A stretch of 64,000 nt of DNA from Bacteroidales bacterium. Its GTDB lineage: Bacteria > Bacteroidota > Bacteroidia > Bacteroidales > UBA3824. The notes under the pieces were generated by a model, which searched no databases, was not told where the DNA came from, and saw nothing but the letters and a program-made list of their open reading frames with translations. Below, piece by piece: positions 1 through 8,743 of this stretch (positions are counted from its first letter, which is position 1; each line of letters starts with the position of its first letter). The stretch spans positions 17,367 through 81,366 of the forward strand of contig JAZQPB010000156.1 of NCBI GenBank assembly GCA_045628165.1, given 5' to 3'. A program made the position numbers and the translations under genes.

Positions 1-1685
1 CTGCTGCCGTCTTCCAGGCCCGACACGCTGATATCGCCGTTATAATCAGGGCGCACGGGATTTGGGTACACCAATACATTATTCATATCAGCTGATGGCT
101 CCTGCACATCCGACATATACGACGCGAGTCCGTTTCTGGTGCTGAAAAACACATCGCCTGTCTGCTGAACTATGCGCAGACTATATACAGTGTCGCTCGG
201 CAGAGGCGAGTTGCGCTCGTTGTAGCGGGCTATCTCCTTGTCGGTATCAGCTGATACGAGAAAAACACCGGCCCCCATTGTGGAGATCCATTTCCTGTTG
301 GCGGCATCTATATCTATGGCGGTGATATGCTTGCCGTGCAGCAGATGCTGTGCATACTGGTCGCTTGTGCCCAGAGGCTCCACCACCACAGGATTGGCGA
401 ATACGGCAGTGCCTTCCATTATCCGCTCGGTGCGCGCGCAGGCCACCACTCCCCTGTCGGTGCCCAGCAGAAGCATTCCATGCATATCCATGGCCATGCA
501 CGTAACCATGCCGCCGGCCTTGGCGCCGCCCACCATGGGATAGAACGAGACGTGCCTGTCGTCGGAAAAATCGAGCGGAGTGCCGCCCAGATCCACGGCA
601 AAGATTCCGGCCTGTCCCATATTTACAAGGAACACATAATCGGACATCCGCAGCAATCCAAGAGGCGATGCGCAATTCATTGACTGGAAAGACGATGCGC
701 TATGCCAGTTGCCGTTGTGGTCGAATATGGTTACGGGATTGGCTCTATCGGCCGATAGTATCAGCAGATCGCCCTCGGGAGTGCAGTCCATGTCCACAAT
801 GCGTCCCCTTGCCCGTCCGGCGTAGCGCGCCTTTAGATTGTGGCCTATGTATTCGAAAACAGTTCCATTTTCATCGCCCAGAAATACGTGCTGGGGATTG
901 TAGGGATTATGAAACACGGCTGTAAAATCCACGCCGTCAGGATTTTCTGTATAGAAGATTCCGCTCCTCTGTACCTCTGTATAGTATCGCGAGGCCATGG
1001 ACAGCACACCTGATGCCTGCGCCATCCGATGGGCATAGTCGCACGGCACCGACCTCGGTACGGGACCGCCGTATGCAGTTTTTTCCGCCATCAGCTGATA
1101 CAATCCATCATAGCTCCACTGCCCGGGGTCCTGGAGGTTTGGGCAGCTGATGGCGGCAGAATATGCACCATGAGCGGTAAGGGCAAATATCTCGTCATTA
1201 GCTACAAGACACATTTCCACACCCGGCAGAGGACACGAGGCCAGCACCTCGCCCCTGTACGAATCCACCACCGAGACTCCGAAATCTCCGCTGGCAAGTA
1301 TTAAAGAATTGCTGAAAGTGATATGGCGTATGCAGCTAATGGCGTGAGGTTTGCCGAGCGTGATATCCGGCAATGTGGTTCTGTGTCCGCCGCTGATGAT
1401 ATCGAGCGAGCCGTCCTCGTAGCCCACAGCTATCACCGAGCCTGAAGCCGCTCCAGCTGATACGTAAGAGCTGGACAGGCCGGTGGATTTGGCGAGAGTG
1501 GTAATCTCGCCCGAGCGGTCCACCACAAAAACTCCATTGCGGCATACGCAGAGAGTGCCTCCATCGTATTCGCAATGGGAGATTACATCGCTGAAACTCG
1601 GTCGCGGTGTCCACTGTCCGTATGCGGCCATGGCAGCTAACAGCGTGAAAATGAGAGCTGATATGTATCTAAGACTTCTTGACAC
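1..1685 (-). CDS. Secreted beta-propeller protein with T9SS C-terminal sorting domain (PorZ-like); 3' end runs off the window
   Basis: The minus-strand frame is uninterrupted from 1685 to the window edge. It is missing from the ORF track because no stop lies in the window. GTG at 1685-1683 gives a signal peptide MSRSLRYISALIFTLLAAMAAYGQ. Reg_prop-like blades are present (ITAIDIDAANRKWISTMGAGVF, VYSLRIVQQTGDVFFSTRNGL). The tail NVLVYPNPVRPDYNGDISV matches a type-A T9SS CTD. Confidence 0.6.
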   Translation of the reverse strand, partial: MSRSLRYISALIFTLLAAMAAYGQWTPRPSFSDVISHCEYDGGTLCVCRNGVFVVDRSGEITTLAKSTGLSSSYVSAGAASGSVIAVGYEDGSLDIISGGHRTTLPDITLGKPHAISCIRHITFSNSLILASGDFGVSVVDSYRGEVLASCPLPGVEMCLVANDEIFALTAHGAYSAAISCPNLQDPGQWSYDGLYQLMAEKTAYGGPVPRSVPCDYAHRMAQASGVLSMASRYYTEVQRSGIFYTENPDGVDFTAVFHNPYNPQHVFLGDENGTVFEYIGHNLKARYAGRARGRIVDMDCTPEGDLLILSADRANPVTIFDHNGNWHSASSFQSMNCASPLGLLRMSDYVFLVNMGQAGIFAVDLGGTPLDFSDDRHVSFYPMVGGAKAGGMVTCMAMDMHGMLLLGTDRGVVACARTERIMEGTAVFANPVVVEPLGTSDQYAQHLLHGKHITAIDIDAANRKWISTMGAGVFLVSADTDKEIARYNERNSPLPSDTVYSLRIVQQTGDVFFSTRNGLASYMSDVQEPSADMNNVLVYPNPVRPDYNGDISVSGLEDGS

Positions 1686-2217
1686 GGTCGGGATTGTTGG
1701 CAATAAAGGCGGCCCAGGAGTTGGAGCCCTTGCTGGCCACAGGCATACGTTTCTGATAATGATGGCAAACCGCGGCGGCCAGGGCGTCGGTGGCGTCCAG
1801 CTTGTCGGGAGCCTCGCTTATCTTCAGGGTCATGGCAAGCATGCGCGCCACCTGCTCCTTGGTGGCCGATCCGTTGCCCGCCACGGCGAGCTTTATCTTC
1901 CTTGGCTCATACTCGAAAATCTGAAGTCCGGCGTTTACGGCGGCGGATATCGCCACGCCCTGCGCACGGCCAAGCTTCAGCATGGATTGGGCGTTCTTCT
2001 CGTAGAACTGCGCCTCGATGCTCAGCTCAGTGGGATTGTAGCCCTTGATGAGACCGCTCACGCGCTCGTATATCATCTTCAGCTTCAAGTAAGAATCCTT
2101 AACGTTGTGAATATCAAGAATACCGATAGCGAGGCACTCTATCCTGGAGCCCTCGCTGCTGATAATGCCGTAACCCATAAAATTGGTTCCCGGGTCGATG
2201 CCTAATATTACTGCCAT
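1669..2217 (-). CDS. ruvC: Crossover junction endodeoxyribonuclease RuvC
   Basis: 182-aa ORF with N-terminal ILGIDPGT and RuvC-like length and layout. Its ATG overlaps the stop of the upstream gene (TAATG, plus-strand 2215-2219). Confidence 0.9.
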   Translation of the reverse strand: MAVILGIDPGTNFMGYGIISSEGSRIECLAIGILDIHNVKDSYLKLKMIYERVSGLIKGYNPTELSIEAQFYEKNAQSMLKLGRAQGVAISAAVNAGLQIFEYEPRKIKLAVAGNGSATKEQVARMLAMTLKISEAPDKLDATDALAAAVCHHYQKRMPVASKGSNSWAAFIANNPDRVKKS

Positions 2218-3188
2218 TAGCTGATACGTACTCTAAGTTTCTCGAGGAATGATTTCAGCACATCGGCCTTTCCGGCAGGAGCGGCTTTCTCAAGAAGTGC
2301 GAACGACTCGCTGTAATATTCGTCCACCATCTGCAGAACCTGCTTATCCACACCAAACTCGGCGAAATATTCACGTGCTTTGGCGAGCTTGGCCTCGAAT
2401 GTGTAATCCTTGTTGGCGTAGAATGTGCGCCACTCCTCTACCCTATCAGCTGGCATCAGCTCTATGATCTTGTGATAGAAAACGGTCTTCTTGCACTCAT
2501 TGACATCGCCACCAACGGGCTTGCCGAGAACCTCGGGAGTTGAGTACATATCAAGGAAGTCGTCCTGAATCTGGAACGCTATGCCGAACTTGATGCCGGC
2601 GTCGTAGAGCATCTGTGCCTGATTCTCGCTGGCTCCGCCTATGAGCGCGCCTATCTTGAGGCAGGCGGCAGGGAGCACGGCTGTCTTCAGGGTTATCATC
2701 CTGAGATAGTCCTGAAGGGAGACATCGTTGCTGGTCTCGAAATCCATATCGTACTGCTGACCCTCGCAAACCTCGATGGCGGTTTTCAGGTAGAGATCCA
2801 TGCACTGGAGGCGAACCTTCTCGGGAGCTGTCATCACGTACTTGGTGGCAATGTATGTCATGCCGTCGCCGGAGAGGATGGCCACGTTGTCGCCCCACTT
2901 GGCGTTTACGGTAGGCTTCTTGCGGCGGAGCTTGGAGTTGTCCATGATGTCGTCGTGCAGAAGAGTGAAGTTATGGAAAATCTCCATTCCCACAGATGGT
3001 TTCACGGCCTCAGCTACACTATCGCTGTACATATTGCAGGCCATGAGTCCGAAGACCGGACGCAGCCTCTTGCCACCCAATGAAAGGATATACTTGACAG
3101 GTTCGTAAAAATTCTTTGGCTCGGCAGGATACTGGATGTCAGCTATCTCCTGCTCCACTATGGATAGAAGTTCTTTGAAATCTTTCAT
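2217..3188 (-). CDS. Polyprenyl diphosphate synthase (trans-isoprenyl diphosphate synthase family)
   Basis: Two DDxxD motifs: LLHDDIMDNS and FQIQDDFLD. I moved the start to ATG 3188 (MKDFKELL) because a -7 box lies at 3218-3225, inside the longer track ORF. Confidence 0.85.
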   Translation of the reverse strand: MKDFKELLSIVEQEIADIQYPAEPKNFYEPVKYILSLGGKRLRPVFGLMACNMYSDSVAEAVKPSVGMEIFHNFTLLHDDIMDNSKLRRKKPTVNAKWGDNVAILSGDGMTYIATKYVMTAPEKVRLQCMDLYLKTAIEVCEGQQYDMDFETSNDVSLQDYLRMITLKTAVLPAACLKIGALIGGASENQAQMLYDAGIKFGIAFQIQDDFLDMYSTPEVLGKPVGGDVNECKKTVFYHKIIELMPADRVEEWRTFYANKDYTFEAKLAKAREYFAEFGVDKQVLQMVDEYYSESFALLEKAAPAGKADVLKSFLEKLRVRIS

Positions 3189-3217
3189 GATGTTTTGGTA
3201 TGTTTGTTTATCTGACG

Positions 3218-3225
3218 CAAAATTA
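3218..3225 (-). promoter_or_regulatory. Bacteroides-type -7 promoter box (TAATTTTG on minus strand)
   Basis: Matches the TAnnTTTG consensus, 30 nt upstream of ATG 3188. Confidence 0.45.
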
Positions 3226-3270
3226 ATAAAAAAAGCCAAGCCCACATATTACAATCCCCAAAAAAATCCT

Positions 3271-3278
3271 TATATTTG
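3271..3278 (+). promoter_or_regulatory. Bacteroides-type -7 promoter box (TATATTTG)
   Basis: Matches TAnnTTTG, about 60 nt upstream of ATG 3337. Confidence 0.5.
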
Positions 3279-3285
3279 CAACAGC

Positions 3286-3315
3286 GAAACAGCGGTTTCG
3301 GAAACAGCGGTTTCG
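3286..3315 (+). repeat. Two tandem 15-nt hairpin units (GAAACAGCGGTTTCG x2) in the 5' leader of the ATPase gene
   Basis: Exact tandem duplication. Each unit is a GAAAC/GTTTC stem with an AGCG loop. It lies between the -7 box and the start codon. Confidence 0.7.
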
Positions 3316-3336
3316 GAAGTAAAAAAAATTGATACT

Positions 3337-4656
3337 ATGAAATTTTTCGACAGGAAAGAAGAGATAGCCAAACTCAGGGAGATTCAGCAAATGTCGCTGA
3401 GCAACGCCCAGTTTACAATAATAACAGGCCGACGCCGCATCGGCAAGACGAGCATGGTGCTGAAGGCGTTTGAGAACCAGCCACTTGTATATTTTTTTGT
3501 AAGCAGGAAGGCTGAGGCCGCACTGTGCGCGGATTTTCAGCAGGAACTGGAAAACAAGCTCAACATCGTAACCATGGGCAAGGCCACAAGCTTTGCCACC
3601 ATATTCGAGCAGCTGATGATAATATCAGAGAAACAGAACCTGACCTTGTTCATAGATGAGTTTCAAGAGTTTATCAACGTAAACAAATCCATCTACAGCG
3701 ACATGCAGAGAATCTGGGACCTCCACAAAAACAACAGCAGGCTAAACCTGATAGTATGCGGCTCGGTATATTCGCTGATGGGCAAGATTTTCAAGAACGA
3801 GAAAGAGCCTCTGTTTGGAAGAGAGACCGCGCAGATAAACCTGAAGCCATTCAGGCCATCCACCCTAAAGGAGATAATGCAGGAATACAATTCCGGATAC
3901 AGCAACGAGGACTTGCTGGCTCTATACACATTTACCGGAGGAGTGGCCAAATACGTAGAGATACTTGTAAACAGCAACGCCCTTACGCTGAACAAAATCC
4001 TAAACAAGATCTGCGAGAAGGATTCCATTTTCATCAGCGACGGCAAATCCACTCTGATAGAAGAATTCGGGCGAGACTATGGAATATATTTCTCGATATT
4101 ATCAGCCATTGCCAACGGACACAACTCAAGAAGCAAAATTGAGGAAATCATCGGAAAGGAAGTTAGCGGATATCTTACAAAATTAGATTCGGAATACGGC
4201 CTCATCAGCAAGCATCAGCCAATGTTCGAGAAAAGCGCAGGCACAAACCTCCGCTACAAGCTCGACGACAACTTCTTCATCTTCTGGTTTAGGTTCATAT
4301 ACAAGTACAATTACATGCTCGAGATTGGCGCATACGAGAAACTGCTTCAGATAATACAGCGCGACTACAATGTATTCAGCGGATTGGCTCTGGAGAAATA
4401 TTTCAAGGAGGTGATGATGGAATCCAGGAAATACACCAGAATAGGCAACTGGTGGAACCGCAAGGGCGATGTGGAGATAGACATAATATCCGCCGACGAA
4501 CTGGAAAACACAGCTGAATTCTACGAGGTGAAGCGCAAGAAGGAAAACTTCTCACCAAAACTTCTTGAAGAAAGGAAAGACGCTTTCCTAAGCGCCACAC
4601 ATCAATTCAAGAACTACAAAATAGAATGTAAGGGATTGTCGATAGAGGATATGTAA
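3337..4656 (+). CDS. AAA+ ATPase of the archaeal-ATPase/DUF234 type
   Basis: Walker A ITGRRRIGKTS and Walker B LFIDEFQ, with a long C-terminal region typical of DUF234 proteins. Start set at ATG 3337 (MKFFDRKEEI), downstream of the promoter box. Confidence 0.75.
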   Translation: MKFFDRKEEIAKLREIQQMSLSNAQFTIITGRRRIGKTSMVLKAFENQPLVYFFVSRKAEAALCADFQQELENKLNIVTMGKATSFATIFEQLMIISEKQNLTLFIDEFQEFINVNKSIYSDMQRIWDLHKNNSRLNLIVCGSVYSLMGKIFKNEKEPLFGRETAQINLKPFRPSTLKEIMQEYNSGYSNEDLLALYTFTGGVAKYVEILVNSNALTLNKILNKICEKDSIFISDGKSTLIEEFGRDYGIYFSILSAIANGHNSRSKIEEIIGKEVSGYLTKLDSEYGLISKHQPMFEKSAGTNLRYKLDDNFFIFWFRFIYKYNYMLEIGAYEKLLQIIQRDYNVFSGLALEKYFKEVMMESRKYTRIGNWWNRKGDVEIDIISADELENTAEFYEVKRKKENFSPKLLEERKDAFLSATHQFKNYKIECKGLSIEDM

Positions 4657-4663
4657 AAAAAAG

Positions 4664-4700
4664 TCCCGGAAGATAACATTATCTCCCGGGGCTTTCTATA
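4664..4700. terminator. Imperfect hairpin between convergent genes (possible bidirectional terminator)
   Basis: CCCGGAAGATAA/TTATCTCCCGGG arms followed by a T-rich stretch. Confidence 0.4.
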
Positions 4701-4739
4701 TTGTAAACGTAAATATCAGAAAACTAAAAAAACAACTTC

Positions 4740-7082
4740 CTACTTCTCCTCTATTGCCTCATCTTTCTTGTCCTTATTGAACTTCAGCTTGAATGTGAGC
4801 AGAAGCGATGGCAGGAAGAGCAGGTTGGTGAACATGGCCACAAACAATGTTATGGATATCAGCAGGCCGAGGGCTATTGTGCCGCCGAACTGTGATCCGC
4901 AGAACATGAGGAAGCCGCAGAGAAGTATCAGCGCCGAATAGATGATGGAAACGCCGGTCTCGCGGAGCGACTCTATCACCGACTTGCGTACATCGCCGAG
5001 GTTGTGGTCGATGGCCTGGCGGAACTTGGTGAAGAGGTGGATGGCGTTGTCCACAGAGATTCCGAACGCGATATTGAACACAAGGATTGTGGAGCTCTTG
5101 AGTCGGATATCAAAGAATCCCATTATGGCGGCGGTTACTATCAGCGGAATAAAGTTTGGAATCACTGATATGATAACCATTCTCCAGTTGCTGAAGAGAG
5201 CCATCATACAGAGCGATATCAGGATGATGGCCAAAACCAAAGACTGAACGAGATTGTCGATGAGCTTGAGCGAGCCCTTGGCAAAGATTACCGATGTTCC
5301 TGTAATATCCACAACATTGCCCTTATCAGCTGGGAAATACTTATCGATGATGGCGGCTATGCTGTCGGTAACATCAATCATGCGGATGGTGCCCACATCA
5401 GCTATTCGCATCTGAATGCGCGCGCGTGAGAATGTGGTATCCACCATGGCGGTCATCACATTGTTGGCTCCCTTCTGCGAGCGGTTGTTGTTCAGGTATT
5501 CCTGGAAGAAGAGAAGCTCGGCCTCGCTGTTTGGCAGACAGAAGAAATCGTTGTTGCCGTTGTAATAAGCGCGGTTGATGAGCTTGATGGCATCGGCGAA
5601 AGATGTGCCGTGGCTCAGACAGTTGAAGCTGGCCAGCGAATCCTCAATGGCCTCTATGTTGCGGATGGTCTTCATCTTCAGCAGGCCTTTCTTCTTCTTG
5701 GTATCGATGGAAATCTCCATAGGGAGAATACCCTTGAGCTCCTTCTCGAAATACTTGAGGTCGCTGTAGATAACATTGTGCTCCGGGAGGTCGTCCACCT
5801 GGAAACTCTCGTTGCGCATGAGTGTGAGACCGTATATTGCCACTGCCACTACCACGATGGTGGCGGTGAAGATAAGCTTGCGCTTGCGCTCCACAAGGTA
5901 CACGAACTTTTCAACGATGTTGGTCACAAACTTGGTATCGAGGTGCTTGAGCTCCTTCTCGGTAGGTGGAGCCACGTAGCTGAATATCGACGGCACCATA
6001 AGCACAGAGAGCACAAACATTGTGATAATGCCGAGAGTGGCCACCAGGCCAAACTCCATGAGCATTGCGTTGCCGGTGATGAGGAATGTGGCGAATCCGG
6101 CGGCGGTGGTAAGGTTGGTTAGGAATGTGGCCTTGCCTACCTTGGTGATTACCTCGAAGAGTGATTTCTCCTTGTCGCGGGTCTCGCGGTATACCACGTG
6201 ATATTTGTTGAGCAGATATATTGTATTAGGAATGCCTATCACTATGAGAAGCGGAGGCAGCATTCCCGACATCATGGTGAGCTCGTATCCGAACAGTGCC
6301 ATGAAGGCCATGGTCCAGATAACGCCCACAAATACTATAAGCACGCTCCAGAGCGTGGTCTTGATGCTGCGGAAGAATATCATGAAAATGATGGACACGA
6401 TAATGAGCGAGAGCACGGCAAAGAATATCAGCTCGTCCTTAATCATCTTCATGGAGCTGCTGCGGATGTATGGCAATCCGCTGCAATGAACCTTCACATT
6501 ATGGCGCTCGCCGTATCCGTATACAGCGCCCTTGATGCCGGCCACCAGCTGATCGAGGTCCTTGCACACGATGGTCTGCGGATCGCAGGTAATGGCCATC
6601 ACATAGCAGTTGTTGGGTGTGTAGAGCAGCTGATCGTAGAATTTGAAATCCTTTACGAGCTGAAACATAGAATCGAGCTCGGCCTGTGTGGTGGGCGCGG
6701 GATCAAAAATCTTGTTTATCACAAACTTCCTTTCCACGGTATCCTTTACCAGCGATACTGCATTGGTGTACGAGAGAATGCTCTTGACACCGATGATGCT
6801 CTTCATGCTGTCCTGAAGGCGCACGAGGTCGTTGTATTTATCGAGCGAGATGAAATTCTCGTCCTCGAAAGCCACGGCTATCATGGAAGCATCCTCACCG
6901 AAAGTTTTCTTGAAATCCATGAAACGCAGAAACGCGCTGTCGGACTCGTTGAGCAGCTGCGCGGCTGAATACTTCATGCGCAGGTTCTTCATATTGAAGC
7001 CCATGAACACGGTGATAATACCTATTGCTATAAGTATCATCCGCTTGTTCTTCAGTATGAAATTAGCTATACTATTCCACAT
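4740..7082 (-). CDS. MMPL/RND-superfamily exporter (COG1033-like putative lipid exporter)
   Basis: 780 aa with two hydrophobic multi-helix bundles (about aa 200-370 and 620-760), each preceded by a large soluble loop. This is the RND/MMPL architecture. Confidence 0.75.
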   Translation of the reverse strand: MWNSIANFILKNKRMILIAIGIITVFMGFNMKNLRMKYSAAQLLNESDSAFLRFMDFKKTFGEDASMIAVAFEDENFISLDKYNDLVRLQDSMKSIIGVKSILSYTNAVSLVKDTVERKFVINKIFDPAPTTQAELDSMFQLVKDFKFYDQLLYTPNNCYVMAITCDPQTIVCKDLDQLVAGIKGAVYGYGERHNVKVHCSGLPYIRSSSMKMIKDELIFFAVLSLIIVSIIFMIFFRSIKTTLWSVLIVFVGVIWTMAFMALFGYELTMMSGMLPPLLIVIGIPNTIYLLNKYHVVYRETRDKEKSLFEVITKVGKATFLTNLTTAAGFATFLITGNAMLMEFGLVATLGIITMFVLSVLMVPSIFSYVAPPTEKELKHLDTKFVTNIVEKFVYLVERKRKLIFTATIVVVAVAIYGLTLMRNESFQVDDLPEHNVIYSDLKYFEKELKGILPMEISIDTKKKKGLLKMKTIRNIEAIEDSLASFNCLSHGTSFADAIKLINRAYYNGNNDFFCLPNSEAELLFFQEYLNNNRSQKGANNVMTAMVDTTFSRARIQMRIADVGTIRMIDVTDSIAAIIDKYFPADKGNVVDITGTSVIFAKGSLKLIDNLVQSLVLAIILISLCMMALFSNWRMVIISVIPNFIPLIVTAAIMGFFDIRLKSSTILVFNIAFGISVDNAIHLFTKFRQAIDHNLGDVRKSVIESLRETGVSIIYSALILLCGFLMFCGSQFGGTIALGLLISITLFVAMFTNLLFLPSLLLTFKLKFNKDKKDEAIEEK

Positions 7083-7110
7083 AATCAGATATAAATATTT
7101 AAAAGTGTTA

Positions 7111-8013
7111 CTAATCGAGTTTTACGGTTACAGAGCCGATGTTCTTGCCCTCGCAGAACACATCAGCCTGATATATGCCAGCTGATAGCACCTCGCGTGA
7201 TATGGCGTATATTGTGGTATTCTGTGCACTGCCATCGTAGCTGATGGCCTTGCGCGCCGAATACGAAATCTCCTTGCCCTGATATTTGAAGAGGCCCGAG
7301 TTCTCGTTGATGAGGATGGCTCCGTCGGGTTTCACGATGCGCACGTACAGATCCTTGCTGCCGGTCTGGGTCATGCTGTTTTCGTTGATTACAAATGTAA
7401 CCTTAAACTTGTGGGTCTTCACGATTCTGGAAGTCTCGTTGTCGCGCTCGTTGAGTGCCACCATCTTCATCTGCACGGCCTTGAGGGCCTCGGCCTCCTT
7501 CACGCGGCCCTGAAGCGAATCCTTCACGTTGCTCAACTTGCGGTTCTGACGGTTGGCGTCGCTCAGCTGGTCGGTAAGGCGTGTGTTCTCCTCGGTAAGC
7601 TCAATGTTCTTGGTATTCAGGCTGTCGATCTGCACCACGAAACTGCGCATTATGGCGCGCAGGGTCTCCACCTCGGCATGGTATTTCTTGAGCGAGTCGC
7701 GGTTCTGGGCCTTCACCTTCTGGAGGTTTTCCATAAGCTCCGTAACCCTGGCCTTCTGCTCCTCGAGCTGGGCGTTTATAGTATCGTTGGTGGTCTGCAG
7801 CTGATTGTAGCTGTCCATTATGAAGGTCATCTCCCGGCTAAGCGAGTCTTTCTCCAGTGTACCCTTCTCTATCTGCGAGATCAGCATTTCTGCCTCGCGC
7901 TTGTTGTTGCCCATCATTACGAGCAGAGTGACGATAGCCACGGCCTCGAGTATAGCCGCTATCATCAGAAACTTGTTGATACCCGATGATTTGTTTTCCA
8001 TTGTATCTTCCAT
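7111..8013 (-). CDS. Membrane-anchored coiled-coil protein with beta-rich C-terminal domain (function unknown)
   Basis: N-terminal TM (FLMIAAILEAVAIVTLLV), about 150 aa of heptad-like Q/E/L/K-rich sequence, then a C-terminal domain. Start set at ATG 8013 because a -7 box (8062-8069) lies inside the TTG-extended track ORF. Confidence 0.6.
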   Translation of the reverse strand: MEDTMENKSSGINKFLMIAAILEAVAIVTLLVMMGNNKREAEMLISQIEKGTLEKDSLSREMTFIMDSYNQLQTTNDTINAQLEEQKARVTELMENLQKVKAQNRDSLKKYHAEVETLRAIMRSFVVQIDSLNTKNIELTEENTRLTDQLSDANRQNRKLSNVKDSLQGRVKEAEALKAVQMKMVALNERDNETSRIVKTHKFKVTFVINENSMTQTGSKDLYVRIVKPDGAILINENSGLFKYQGKEISYSARKAISYDGSAQNTTIYAISREVLSAGIYQADVFCEGKNIGSVTVKLD

Positions 8014-8061
8014 AATGCTTTGCTTAAAAACTTTGTAGCCAATATATAATAAAACTGGATA

Positions 8062-8069
8062 CAAAGTTA
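8062..8069 (-). promoter_or_regulatory. -7 promoter box (TAACTTTG on minus strand)
   Basis: TAnnTTTG match 49 nt upstream of ATG 8013. Confidence 0.45.
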
Positions 8070-8097
8070 ACAATTAAATTTCAAATAGTAAAATATG

Positions 8098-8676
8098 TTA
8101 TCTTTTGTAATTCAGCAAAAAATCGGCCATCTTGTTCAAAGCCATCGCCCGGTGCGAGATAGCGTTTTTCTGCTCCGAAGTCATCTCGGCCATAGTGATA
8201 TCGAAACCATCCGGCAGAAAAACCGGATCGTACCCGAAACCACCCTGTCCGCGCCTGTCCAGTGTGATTACGCCGTTCACATATCCCTCAAAATGGATAG
8301 GACTGCCGTCCATCACCAATACCATCTCGGTATGGAACCTCGCCCGGCGGTCGGTTACGCCTTCCAGATTCTTGAGCAGGAGATTCATATTGTCGTCGGA
8401 ATCTCTCTGAGGTCCTGCGTACCTTGCCGAATATACACCGGGAGCATTGTTGAGCGCTGTAACCTCAAGTCCTGTGTCATCGGAGAAACACGGCTGATGA
8501 TACTTGTTCCAAAGATACATAGCCTTCTCCTCGGCGTTCTCGTAGATGGTCTCGTGAGTTTCGGGAATTTCGTCACTACATCCTATCTCATTGAGCGACA
8601 CCACCTTAAAAGTCTTTATTATCTGCTGAGCTTCAGCAAGTTTCTTTGCATTATTAGTTGCAAAAATCATGTCCAT
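8098..8676 (-). CDS. rdgB: Non-canonical purine NTP pyrophosphatase (RdgB/HAM1 family)
   Basis: IFATNNAKKLAE at the N-terminus and FGYDPVF plus SHRA near the C-terminus; about 190 aa. Confidence 0.85.
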   Translation of the reverse strand: MDMIFATNNAKKLAEAQQIIKTFKVVSLNEIGCSDEIPETHETIYENAEEKAMYLWNKYHQPCFSDDTGLEVTALNNAPGVYSARYAGPQRDSDDNMNLLLKNLEGVTDRRARFHTEMVLVMDGSPIHFEGYVNGVITLDRRGQGGFGYDPVFLPDGFDITMAEMTSEQKNAISHRAMALNKMADFLLNYKR

Positions 8677-8743
8677 TTTTATATATGTATTTTTTTGTTT
8701 ACTTCAATCACTTCATCACTTCAACACTTCATCACTTCAACAC

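Noticed and set aside
1483-2205. 240-aa plus-strand ORF
   Set aside because: It is entirely antisense to ruvC and the PorZ-like gene, both with clear family signatures. Its G/R/H/L-rich composition is typical of a shadow ORF in GC-rich coding DNA.
3136-3336. N-terminal extension of the ATPase ORF (contains SETAVSETAVSE)
   Set aside because: The extension overlaps the divergent gene's start and the -7 box, and it translates the tandem hairpin. MKFFDRKEEI at 3337 is a typical start for this family.
6198-6968. 256-aa plus-strand ORF
   Set aside because: Antisense to the MMPL/RND exporter; H/E/G-rich; no motifs.
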